Source of the DNA: an uncultured Candidatus Marinamargulisbacteria bacterium
GTDB lineage: Bacteria; Margulisbacteria; Riflemargulisbacteria; GWF2-35-9
Length of the DNA stretch: 64,000 nucleotides
Direction of reading: 5' to 3'
Assembly: GCA_903910705.1 (NCBI GenBank)
Contig: CAIWAN010000052.1
Coordinates: 5,844 to 69,843 of the forward strand
Shown: in pieces, positions 18,295-26,875 of the stretch
Numbering within the stretch: the first letter of the stretch is position 1
Layout of the letters: every line of letters starts with the position of its first letter
The notes under the pieces: model-generated
Seen by the model: only the letters and a program-made list of their open reading frames with translations
Databases searched by the model: none
What the model was told of the DNA's origin: nothing
Translations under genes and position numbers: made by a program

Positions 18295-19608
18295 ATGAAA
18301 CGTCAAATCGAATCAAAACTGCAAAGATGGAAAGAAACTGACGCTCGAAAACCCTTGATTCTGAATGGGGCAAGGCAGATTGGAAAAACATACAGCCTCA
18401 TTGAGATTGGTAAAACAAATTTTCGCAACCTCATCTACATAAACTTTGAAGCACAGCCCGATTATAAAAGGATCTTTGATCGCGACGTAGAACCTTTACG
18501 AATACTTCAAGAGATCAATATGCTTTTGGGCACCTCGATAAAGGCAGGGCAGGATCTCCTTTTCTTTGACGAGATACAAGAGTGCCCTCGCGCGCTCACG
18601 AGCTTGAAATACTTCTGCGAAACCCTACCGGACCTTCATGTTTGTGCCGCGGGATCTCTTCTTGGACTTGAACTCAACGAAGCTGCCTTTCCGGTCGGGA
18701 AAGTCGAGATGCTCGACATGCATCCCCTCTCGTTTCATGAATTTTTATTAGCGGCGGATGATAAGCTTGCGGCCTTAACAGAGCAATCAGCTGTCGTTCC
18801 CGAGGCCATCCATAAGCGGCTCTGGGATTACTTAAAAAAATACTTTATCCTCGGAGGTCTTCCTGAGGTCATTGCTAGCTACATTCAACATGCAGGCGAT
18901 GAAGCCACTGCGTTTGAAAACGCACGCCAAGTTCAACTTCAACTCATACAGGGCTATATTGCAGATATGGCCAAACATTCCGGCAAACAAAATGCGATGC
19001 ACCTTGAACGAATTTGGAAAAACATCCCCGTTCAGCTCGCTCGAAAAGTTGATCTAACCACGTCGAAATACTCGTTCAAGGGGGTAATACCCAAAATCGA
19101 TCGATATTCGCGTCTTGTTGGAAGTCTCGACTGGCTAGAAAAGGCCGGACTGGTGATTCGTGTACCCATTTTAGACCACATTGACCTGCCATTATCGGCT
19201 CAAGTTCAAGAAAACACCTTTAAACTATATATTTTTGACGTAGGGCTCTTGGGAGCTCTTTCCGGACTATCTCCCCAGACCCTCTGGGCCCAAGATTATG
19301 GCTCATATAAAGGCTATTTTGCCGAGAACTTCGTCGCACAAGAACTCATAGCACACGGCAGAAGGCCCTTGTTTGGATGGGAAGGCCGTACGTCCGAAGT
19401 TGAATTCGTCCTCGATATTGCGGGAAAGATTATCCCTGTCGAGGTAAAGGCTGGCCATATCACTCGTTCACAAAGCATGAACGTTTATCAATCAAAATTT
19501 GCCCCACAAAAAGGATTTCTGCTGAGCGCCAGAAACGCGCCCCTCATCGAATCCACATGGATCACTCATCTTCCGCTTTATCAAGCGAGTAAGATTGGCC
19601 TGTCTTAG
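18295..19608 (+). CDS. COG1373-type ATPase (AAA_14 + DUF4143)
   Basis: Walker A GARQIGKT, Walker B LFFDEIQ, AAGSLL, GGLPE, KLYIFDVGLL, ENFVAQEL, EVEFV...PVEVK. Confidence 0.9.
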   Translation: MKRQIESKLQRWKETDARKPLILNGARQIGKTYSLIEIGKTNFRNLIYINFEAQPDYKRIFDRDVEPLRILQEINMLLGTSIKAGQDLLFFDEIQECPRALTSLKYFCETLPDLHVCAAGSLLGLELNEAAFPVGKVEMLDMHPLSFHEFLLAADDKLAALTEQSAVVPEAIHKRLWDYLKKYFILGGLPEVIASYIQHAGDEATAFENARQVQLQLIQGYIADMAKHSGKQNAMHLERIWKNIPVQLARKVDLTTSKYSFKGVIPKIDRYSRLVGSLDWLEKAGLVIRVPILDHIDLPLSAQVQENTFKLYIFDVGLLGALSGLSPQTLWAQDYGSYKGYFAENFVAQELIAHGRRPLFGWEGRTSEVEFVLDIAGKIIPVEVKAGHITRSQSMNVYQSKFAPQKGFLLSARNAPLIESTWITHLPLYQASKIGLS

Positions 19609-19615
19609 AAAAAAG

Positions 19616-20158
19616 CTAGAAAAGGCTCTGGAATTCACTAAAGGGCTTATAAACGCTATCTTTGGGGGAAAGGGTCGGGTTCGAAAGGGGCCACTCGATC
19701 GCCAGATCAGGGTCGTTCCACATCAGCCCACCCTCGGCGCTTGGCTCAAAGAGACCGGTACACTTATATTGGAACTCCGCGGTATCACTTAACACCTGAA
19801 ATCCATGAGCGAATCCGGATGGGATGTAGAGCATCTGAAACGTCGAGGCGATCAACGGATACGCCACCCATTGCCCATAGGTGGGGCTTTTCTTTCGCAG
19901 ATCAACCGCCACATCGAACACCTCGCCAACACTCACCCTGACGAGCTTGCCCTGAGCATACGGTGGTTTTTGAAAATGAAGCCCTCTCAAAACCCCTTTA
20001 ACCGACTTGCTATGATTGTCCTGAACAAAGCGTTCTGTAATACCCGCCTCATGGAACTTGCCTTCGTGATAACTTTCGAGAAAAAAACCCCGTTCATCCC
20101 CAAATACATCAGGGGTGATCAGCAATACATCGGGAATAGCAAGGGGTTCGACTTTCAT
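19616..20158 (-). CDS. rfbC: dTDP-4-dehydrorhamnose 3,5-epimerase
   Basis: FGDERGFFLE, FVQDNHSKS.KGVLRGLHFQ, QGKLVRV..GEVFDVAVDLR, GFAHGF. Confidence 0.97.
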   Translation of the reverse strand: MKVEPLAIPDVLLITPDVFGDERGFFLESYHEGKFHEAGITERFVQDNHSKSVKGVLRGLHFQKPPYAQGKLVRVSVGEVFDVAVDLRKKSPTYGQWVAYPLIASTFQMLYIPSGFAHGFQVLSDTAEFQYKCTGLFEPSAEGGLMWNDPDLAIEWPLSNPTLSPKDSVYKPFSEFQSLF

Positions 20159-20183
20159 GGTGCCTATTTTAGCATAGGGTGTA

Positions 20184-21335
20184 CTAATCCAACAGTTTTC
20201 CAGTCGCCAAGCTCTCTTGGAATTTCTTGAAAGGCCAAATACAAATATTATCCTCGGTCAGCAATTCTTTCTCACCCAGATAGACAAAGATTCGTTTGCG
20301 AAGCCCTGTTAATGGGGCAATGGCCCTTAACCCCACAAGTTCTTCATTTCGGAGTCGTTCTTGAGCTTTCACCTCGATAGCCCAGAATTCATCGCCTCGT
20401 TTTAACAAAAAATCAACCTCCGTTTTAAGCGTTTCACTGGGTGCCCAATAGAAAATCTCATCATAGAAAGGATGGGCTTGATTGTAGGCGCATAGCATCG
20501 AAAACACATAACCTTCAAGCAAGGCACCTCGCTCATCGGGGCTGACTTCATACCACCGCTTTTTTATCGCACGAACCAACCCAGGGTCAACCCAATATAG
20601 TTTGGGGTGTTTCTTTTCTCGAACCCTTAATTGCGGAACAAATGCTTCGAGTTTGGTCGCCAATAATGTATCGCTAAGAATCTCTAAATAACCTTCTACG
20701 GTGTTTCTTGCCACTTGCGCATCTCGAGCTAACGAGCTGACATTCAAAACTTGCCCATGGAACAAAGAGGCGACTGGCAAAAAACGTGAGAACGCAGGAA
20801 GGTTGCGAACCAAGGCTTCTGACTTAATTTCTTCTCGTAAATACGTCAACACGTAGGCTTCAAGGGTTTCTCGGGGACTATTCGAAGCCACGACGATCGG
20901 AAGAGACCCATATTGAAGAATAGCCGACAAATTAAAATCCTCCCCCATTTCATCGGGCACAAAAGGATACATGTGCTTCATCAAGGCTCTGCCGGCCAGC
21001 AAGTTCACACCCTCTCGTTTTAACTTGCGTGCAGAAGACCCTGACAAAACGAACTTGAGGCTTTTTTCTTCGATGAAAAGGTGAACATAATTCAAGAGAT
21101 GCGGCACTTTCTGAACTTCATCCAGCACAACCCAAGATCCATTGGGCAAGGCCCGCAACTCATCCGCAAATCGTTTGGGTGTCGCCAATAACTCTTGGTA
21201 AAGCGCCTCGTCAAGGAAGTTGAAGAAAGTCGCCTCTTTGTAATGTTGCCTCAACCACGTACTCTTCCCCGTGCCGCGGGGCCCGAATAAAAAGAAAGAC
21301 TGATTCTGCTCGTGAAAATATATTCTTTTGTACAT
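20184..21335 (-). CDS. COG1373-type ATPase (AAA_14 + DUF4143), second homolog
   Basis: GPRGTGKST, VLDEVQK, SGSSARKL, LLAGRA, KLYWVDPGL, EVDFL...AIEVK. Confidence 0.9.
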   Translation of the reverse strand: MYKRIYFHEQNQSFFLFGPRGTGKSTWLRQHYKEATFFNFLDEALYQELLATPKRFADELRALPNGSWVVLDEVQKVPHLLNYVHLFIEEKSLKFVLSGSSARKLKREGVNLLAGRALMKHMYPFVPDEMGEDFNLSAILQYGSLPIVVASNSPRETLEAYVLTYLREEIKSEALVRNLPAFSRFLPVASLFHGQVLNVSSLARDAQVARNTVEGYLEILSDTLLATKLEAFVPQLRVREKKHPKLYWVDPGLVRAIKKRWYEVSPDERGALLEGYVFSMLCAYNQAHPFYDEIFYWAPSETLKTEVDFLLKRGDEFWAIEVKAQERLRNEELVGLRAIAPLTGLRKRIFVYLGEKELLTEDNICIWPFKKFQESLATGKLLD

Positions 21336-21388
21336 GATGAGGTCATTTTACGCCGTTTTTTTACATCAATCAATACAATAAACAAGAA

Positions 21389-21417
21389 AAGATTGTACAG
21401 ACGTCTCTACAATTGAG
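21389..21417. repeat. 29-bp palindromic element, copy 1 (REP-like)
   Basis: AAGATTGTACAGACGTCTCTACAATTGAG; 25/29 identical to 21872..21900; core is self-complementary. Confidence 0.75.
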
Positions 21418-21450
21418 CGAGGATGTATCTTTATCTGATATAATGGCTGT

Positions 21451-21605
21451 ATGCCAAATGTATACATTATCGCTGGGCATGGATGATGTTTGATAACTCT
21501 CAAGCGTCTCATCAATTGATTGCGAAGAGAACTTCAAATCAAATCGAAATCTTTGATCAAGATACATTTATAAATATTCAAAATAAAGGAGTTTCCCATG
21601 AATAA
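21451..21605 (+). pseudogene. Internally deleted zeta-toxin-like (COG4185-type) P-loop ATPase
   Basis: MPNVYIIAG (the segment preceding Walker A) joined out of frame to WMMFDNSQASHQLIAK...EIFDQDTFINI (family C-terminus); TGaTATAAT upstream. Confidence 0.7.
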
Positions 21606-21753
21606 TAACAACCTTTCAATCCAAGATAAGGCTGAAGCTGCCATGAAAAAAGCGATTAGCAATGTTATTGCTCAACACAAGATTTCTGGACGACCATTAG
21701 CTGTTTGGAAAAATGGCAAAACCATTTTAGTTTCGCCTGATTCGATAGAATAG
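21598..21753 (+). CDS. Small protein of the type that follows zeta-like ATPases (putative antitoxin)
   Basis: 51 aa, below track cutoff: MNNNNLSIQDKAEAAMKKAISNVIAQHKISGRPLAVWKNGKTILVSPDSIE; AAGGAG RBS; overlaps the remnant's end. Confidence 0.7.
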   Translation: MNNNNLSIQDKAEAAMKKAISNVIAQHKISGRPLAVWKNGKTILVSPDSIE

Positions 21754-21871
21754 ATTTATTGGCAACTATTGGGACTTACCCGATCCATTACACTTTGCAT
21801 TTTCAATTGACAATTTGCAAGAATCTGCGACGAAGCCTACAATCATTGGGCTACGAAGCTTACACCGCCAT

Positions 21872-21900
21872 AAGATTGTACGGGCGCCTGTACAATTGAG
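21872..21900. repeat. 29-bp palindromic element, copy 2 (REP-like)
   Basis: AAGATTGTACGGGCGCCTGTACAATTGAG; overlaps the putative -35 of bioA. Confidence 0.75.
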
Positions 21901-21933
21901 ACGATAATTGCCCCCATGGTATACTGAGCGACT

Positions 21934-23265
21934 ATGTGGGCAACTCGTGACAAACAACATCTTTGGCATCCTTTTACCCAGATGAAGGAATGGCTCAATT
22001 CTGACCCGATTATCATCCAAAAGGGTCGAGGCAATTGGCTCATCGATGTCGAGGGGAAGCGCTACCTTGATGGGGTCTCGTCCCTGTGGACGAACGTTCA
22101 CGGCCATCATCACCCCAAAATAAACCGCGCGATCAAAAAACAACTGGACCTTATTGCTCACAGCACTTTCCTTGGCCTATCCCACACCATTGCCGTCGAG
22201 TTCGCTGCGGAACTGATGAAATGGGTTCCTAGCCATTTATCTCGACTATTCTATTCCGATAATGGTTCAACGGCGGTTGAGATCGGCACCAAAATCGCCT
22301 TTCAATACTGGCAGCAACAAGGCAATCCCTCTTTACGGAATAAAACAAAGTTCATCGCGTTTTCAAATGCCTATCACGGCGACACGTTGGGGGCGGTGAG
22401 TCTTGGGGGCATGGACTTATTCCATCGCATATACGACCCGCTTCTTTTCAAACCCATTCGCTTACCCTTCCCCTATCCGCTTCAAGAAAAACGATCGGTA
22501 GAAGAAAGCGAAGCCGCCGCTCTTGCTCAACTTGAAGCCACACTCAAGCAGCAGGGCCATGACATAGCTGGCCTCGTCATCGAACCGCTCATGCAAGGAG
22601 CCGCCGGAATGGTACACTCCACGCATCACTTTCTCCAACAGGTCCGCTCACTCACCCACCAATATCAGGTTCTCCTGATCGCGGACGAAGTCGCTACAGG
22701 CTTTGGTCGAACCGGCGCCATGTTCGCTTGCCAAAAGGCGGGCATTAACCCCGACATCCTCTGTATTGCCAAAGGGATATCAGGAGGATACCTCCCCCTA
22801 GCGGCAACGCTTACGACCGAAACGATCTTTGAAGCGTTCCTCGGTGAACACAGCGATCACAAGACGTTTTTTCATGGACACACCTATACTGCAAACCCCT
22901 TAGCTTGTGCCGCGGGCCTAGCGAGTCTTCAAATTTTCGAGAAAGAGAAAACGCTTAGCCAGCTTGAACCCAAGATCAAACAACTCAGGGACGGCCTTTG
23001 CGCTATTGCCGACTTAGAATGGGTCGCCGAGGTCAGACAAGAAGGCTTTATGGTTGGCATCGAACTCGGTGGTTTTGATCCGACTGAGCGAATGGGCGCA
23101 AAGGTTTGCCAAGCAGCCATCGACAAAGGGGTCTTTCTTCGCCCTCTAGGGGATGTCATTGTTTTGATGCCCCCCCTATCCATTACAGAAAATGAACTCA
23201 ACCTTTTGTTAGAAACCACTAAAACGTGTATAATTTCAAGTTGTGGCCATCAAGTCAAAAAATAA
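21934..23265 (+). CDS. bioA: Adenosylmethionine-8-amino-7-oxononanoate aminotransferase
   Basis: LWHPFTQM, DGVSSLW, YSDNGSTAVE, AYHGDT, DEVATGFGRTG, AKGISGGYLPL, FFHGHTYTANPL. Confidence 0.96.
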   Translation: MWATRDKQHLWHPFTQMKEWLNSDPIIIQKGRGNWLIDVEGKRYLDGVSSLWTNVHGHHHPKINRAIKKQLDLIAHSTFLGLSHTIAVEFAAELMKWVPSHLSRLFYSDNGSTAVEIGTKIAFQYWQQQGNPSLRNKTKFIAFSNAYHGDTLGAVSLGGMDLFHRIYDPLLFKPIRLPFPYPLQEKRSVEESEAAALAQLEATLKQQGHDIAGLVIEPLMQGAAGMVHSTHHFLQQVRSLTHQYQVLLIADEVATGFGRTGAMFACQKAGINPDILCIAKGISGGYLPLAATLTTETIFEAFLGEHSDHKTFFHGHTYTANPLACAAGLASLQIFEKEKTLSQLEPKIKQLRDGLCAIADLEWVAEVRQEGFMVGIELGGFDPTERMGAKVCQAAIDKGVFLRPLGDVIVLMPPLSITENELNLLLETTKTCIISSCGHQVKK

Positions 23266-23590
23266 CAAGCAAGTCTATCTCGCCAGTGGTATCACCCTGA
23301 ACGGCGCTATTCAAAGCCCAGACGCGATCTATATCGCCGGCAACGTTAAAGGCACCATCCGCTCCGAATCGGCCATCCATATCCTAAAAGGTGCCGCCAT
23401 CATCGCGGATCTCTCGGCCCCAAGCATTCAAATTTTTGGCATCGTCGAAGGACAGGTCAAGGCGACACATGAATTGGTTTTGAATCAAACCGCTCGAGTC
23501 TACGGGGATATCTATTGCGAAAGTCTTGTTCTCGAAGAAGGGGCCATTTATAGCGGAGCCCTTCACATTCGGCAGAATGAACATCCTTAA
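23243..23590 (+). CDS. Bactofilin (polymer-forming cytoskeletal protein)
   Basis: Beta-helix pattern IYIAGNVKGTI...IFGIVEGQV...ARVYGDI..ESLVLEEGAIYSG. Confidence 0.88.
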   Translation: MAIKSKNNKQVYLASGITLNGAIQSPDAIYIAGNVKGTIRSESAIHILKGAAIIADLSAPSIQIFGIVEGQVKATHELVLNQTARVYGDIYCESLVLEEGAIYSGALHIRQNEHP

Positions 23591-24119
23591 GGACAACCCC
23601 ACGTTCGTTCTTCTTCTCGGCCTATGTCCCGTTCTTGCCGTCACCACCTCGGTCTGGAGTGCTGTCGGAATGGGCGTTTTAACCTTGATTGCGTTAATGG
23701 CCTCTAACGCTGTCATCAAATGGATACACCCCAAGACCCCTCAAGCGATCGCTCTTTTAGTCAACGTCATTGTCATCTCAACGTTTGTAAGCTTACTGCA
23801 ACTAATCGTTCAAGCGTTTCTGCCTTCACTGGGCAACGACCTAAGCATCTATTTCCCCCTCATCGTCATTAACGGCCTGACGCTTTGCTCGCTCCCTTGC
23901 CCCCCCCTTCATGCTCTTCAAAGAGTGCTTGGCTTTTGCGTTGCGTTATTGATTATGGGCGCCCTTCGCGAGTTGCTCGGGGTAGGCACCCTTTTGGGGT
24001 TCACCATTCTCCCCGATTATTATCCCATGCTCATCATGATCCTCCCTTCGGGTGCTTTTTTGCTTTTGAGTTTTATCATGGCCATCCTCACATGGACAAA
24101 GAATCATCCTCATGAATAA
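23577..24119 (+). CDS. rnfE: Rnf complex subunit E (divergent)
   Basis: NPTFVLLLGLCPVLAVTTS, RELLG.G, MILPSGAF; the usual PLIVVNC reads PLIVING. ATG at 23577. Confidence 0.85.
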   Translation: MNILKDNPTFVLLLGLCPVLAVTTSVWSAVGMGVLTLIALMASNAVIKWIHPKTPQAIALLVNVIVISTFVSLLQLIVQAFLPSLGNDLSIYFPLIVINGLTLCSLPCPPLHALQRVLGFCVALLIMGALRELLGVGTLLGFTILPDYYPMLIMILPSGAFLLLSFIMAILTWTKNHPHE

Positions 24120-25359
24120 TCACAAAAAGATCACCGGCCTTCTACCCACCCGTGAAGCACCGGCCCCCCACGAACTCGTTTTCCCGCTTCTTCAACATAC
24201 AGGGACGCCCGCCCTGCCCATCATCAATGTCGGTGATGCTGTCAAAGTGGGCCAACTTATCGCAAAGGCATCGGGCAACGTCTCAGCCAACATTCATAGC
24301 AGTGTATCAGGACTTGTTACCGCTATTGATCTAGCCCCTTTTAGTAGCGGTATCGAGGTGATGAGTATACGCATTGAAAATGACCATAAATATTATAAAG
24401 TCCCCATGGCCACGCATACGCGTCCCATCAAAGAAACACCCAAAGAATTCCTTCTGCAACGGATTGAAGATGCCGGCATTGTTGGGCTTGGGGGCAAAAT
24501 GATCCCGACGCATATCAAGTTACGCCCGAACAAACCCATTGCCGAACTCGTCATCAATGGAGCCGAATGCGAGCCCTATCTTTCAGCCGACCACCGAGTC
24601 ATGGTTGAAATGACAAAGGCCGTCTTTACCGGCATCGAAGTCGCGATGCGCATTCTTGAACCCCAGACGGTTTTCATTGGCATCGAGGATCATATGATCG
24701 ACGCGATGATCACGATGCGCAACTATGCGCTCAAATACAAAAACGTCAAAGTGATCCCCCTCCCGTCGATATACCCGCAAGGCGCTGAACGAGTTCTTGT
24801 TCGCGAACTCACTCAAAAACGCGTCCGTCGATCCCCCCTTGAAGCGGGCGTCATTGCCTTAAATGTGTCCACGTGTGCAGCCATTGGACAAGCCGTCACC
24901 AACGGAATGCCTCTTATTTCGAGAGTCATCACCCTATCCGGCACTCAGCTTGAAAAGTCCTATAATTACCGAGTCCGTCTCGGCACCCCCATCAAGACCC
25001 TTCTCCCCGAACTGAGCGCCGATCGTGCAAGTAAGCTCGGCGACCTGCGTATCCTTATGGGCGGCCCCATGATGGGACTCGCTCAACACTCACTAGATGT
25101 CCCGATCATTAAAGGAACGACGGGCGTTCTCGTCCTCGAACACACGGTCTACGAAACGCAAATGTGTATTCGTTGTGGACGCTGCATCGATTATTGTCCA
25201 GTATTTGTCATGCCCATTATGGCCGCGCAGCAAGGGATTCAAGCCAGTGAGTGTATGGAATGCGGGCTTTGCTCCTATCATTGCCCCTCACGGATACCCT
25301 TGGTCGAAAAAATTAGACTTAATAAGATCAAACAACAAATGAGGCAACAACCCCAATGA
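24112..25359 (+). CDS. rnfC: Rnf complex subunit C
   Basis: IHSSVSG, AGIVGLGG, NGAECEPY, YPQGAE, GGPMMG, two CxxCxxCxxxCP motifs. Confidence 0.93.
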   Translation: MNNHKKITGLLPTREAPAPHELVFPLLQHTGTPALPIINVGDAVKVGQLIAKASGNVSANIHSSVSGLVTAIDLAPFSSGIEVMSIRIENDHKYYKVPMATHTRPIKETPKEFLLQRIEDAGIVGLGGKMIPTHIKLRPNKPIAELVINGAECEPYLSADHRVMVEMTKAVFTGIEVAMRILEPQTVFIGIEDHMIDAMITMRNYALKYKNVKVIPLPSIYPQGAERVLVRELTQKRVRRSPLEAGVIALNVSTCAAIGQAVTNGMPLISRVITLSGTQLEKSYNYRVRLGTPIKTLLPELSADRASKLGDLRILMGGPMMGLAQHSLDVPIIKGTTGVLVLEHTVYETQMCIRCGRCIDYCPVFVMPIMAAQQGIQASECMECGLCSYHCPSRIPLVEKIRLNKIKQQMRQQPQ

Positions 25360-26300
25360 GATTATTCGTCGCCGCATCGCCCCATAGCCGAAACCCTCAA
25401 GACGTTTCATCCATTATGTTACACGTTATTTTGGCTTTAGTACCCACAAGTTTGATGGGCATTTTTTTCTTCGGTATTCCGGCTCTGTCCGTGATCATTA
25501 CCTCGGTTTTATCCGCCCTTGCTTTTGAAGTCGGGGTCAACACCCTTCGTCATCAGAAATTAACCATCTTTGACGGATCGGCCGCGCTAACAGGGCTTTT
25601 GCTAGCCTTAACCCTGCCCCCCATTATTCCGCTCTGGATGGTTGTGTTAGGGAATGGATTTTCGATTATCGTGGTCAAGCACCTCTTTGGCGGACTCGGG
25701 CATAATATCTTTAACCCTGCTCTTTCAGGGCGGCTGTTTCTTTCGGTGGCTTACCCCGTTGCAATGACCTCATGGATAAAGCCCCATGCTTTACTCGACC
25801 CCGTCTATATCTCCACAGCGACGCCGCTTGCAAAAGAGGCTACGCTGATCGTATCAAATTGGCAACTATTCTGGGGCAACGTCGGCGGCAGCGTTGGCGA
25901 AACCTCGGCCTTTGCCATTCTTCTGGGGGCCATTTGGTTATTTAAAAAAGGGATACTCGATTGGAAAATTCCCGGAAGCTTTCTGGCCACCGTCTTCTTT
26001 ATGGCTCTGCTTTTTGGACAAGACCCGCTCTTTCATCTCCTCGCGGGCGGCACGCTACTGGGTGCTTTTTTCATGATGACCGACTATGTCACCTCCCCCC
26101 TAACCAAAATGGGGCGGCTGCTCTACGGCATCACGCTGGGTGTCCTCGTCATGTCCGTTCGGCTCTTCAGCCATATGCCGGAAGGACTCGCCTTTTGCAT
26201 TGTTCTGATGAACGGCGTCGTTCCGCTCCTAGATAAAGCGGGGATTGCGCTTCATGTCCATGTCTACGCACTCATTTTCAAGGAGCATCAAGACACATGA
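25356..26300 (+). CDS. rnfD: Rnf complex subunit D
   Basis: KHLFGGLGHNIFNPA, STATPL flavinylation motif, GGSVGETS, FFMMTDYVTSP. Confidence 0.94.
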   Translation: MRLFVAASPHSRNPQDVSSIMLHVILALVPTSLMGIFFFGIPALSVIITSVLSALAFEVGVNTLRHQKLTIFDGSAALTGLLLALTLPPIIPLWMVVLGNGFSIIVVKHLFGGLGHNIFNPALSGRLFLSVAYPVAMTSWIKPHALLDPVYISTATPLAKEATLIVSNWQLFWGNVGGSVGETSAFAILLGAIWLFKKGILDWKIPGSFLATVFFMALLFGQDPLFHLLAGGTLLGAFFMMTDYVTSPLTKMGRLLYGITLGVLVMSVRLFSHMPEGLAFCIVLMNGVVPLLDKAGIALHVHVYALIFKEHQDT

Positions 26301-26875
26301 TCCCCACCCACATTCGCCCCCAGATTCTCTTTATCAGTCGCCTCGTCTTGATCTGTGCCTTTTTGCTTTTTGGGGTCAACTTGATGACCTCGACCCTTAT
26401 TCAAAACCATTTACGCCAAGATCGACAAACCTCCTTTTCAAAATTATTACCCACAGCTGCATCATTTTCACCCTATGCTAAAAACAGAACCCTTGAAAAC
26501 GCGAGTATCATTATCGGATGGGACAAGGCCCACAAAAAAACAGGCTATATCATCAGTTCAACGGGGCATGGATACGGCGGCCCCATTAGACTGCTCGTTG
26601 GATTTTCCGGCTCAAAAGTCACCCGTATCCAGATCCTTTCCCATGTCGAAACAACCGGAATGGGATCGCTTATCACCCATCCTGAACCCATGACTGGACG
26701 TGCGTTTACTTTTCAGGGACAATTTAATAACAAAAGTATTTTTGACCGTTTCAGCACACATGAGGATATTATTGCTCTTTCAGGAGCAACCATCACCTCA
26801 CAGGGTGTAGGGGACGGTATACTCGCTGCTGTTAAAATATATCGACGATTGGAGAATGTTCAATATGAAGACTAA
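26297..26875 (+). CDS. rnfG: Rnf complex subunit G (FMN-binding)
   Basis: N-terminal TM, GYGGPI, H.ET.G.GS, SGATITS flavinylation motif. Confidence 0.88.
   Translation: MIPTHIRPQILFISRLVLICAFLLFGVNLMTSTLIQNHLRQDRQTSFSKLLPTAASFSPYAKNRTLENASIIIGWDKAHKKTGYIISSTGHGYGGPIRLLVGFSGSKVTRIQILSHVETTGMGSLITHPEPMTGRAFTFQGQFNNKSIFDRFSTHEDIIALSGATITSQGVGDGILAAVKIYRRLENVQYED

Noticed and set aside
21794-21820. TTGCA...CAATTG...TGCAA imperfect palindrome
   Set aside because: Short, AT-rich and single copy; no function can be supported.
21872-21900. BirA operator for bioA
   Set aside because: Arm sequence and spacing do not fit TGTxAAC-N14-16-GTTxACA, and a sister copy precedes an unrelated gene.
21389-21900. 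CRISPR array or integron attC sites
   Set aside because: Only two copies 483 nt apart, no spacer periodicity, no RYYYAAC/GTTRRRY cores, and no cas or intI gene in the window.
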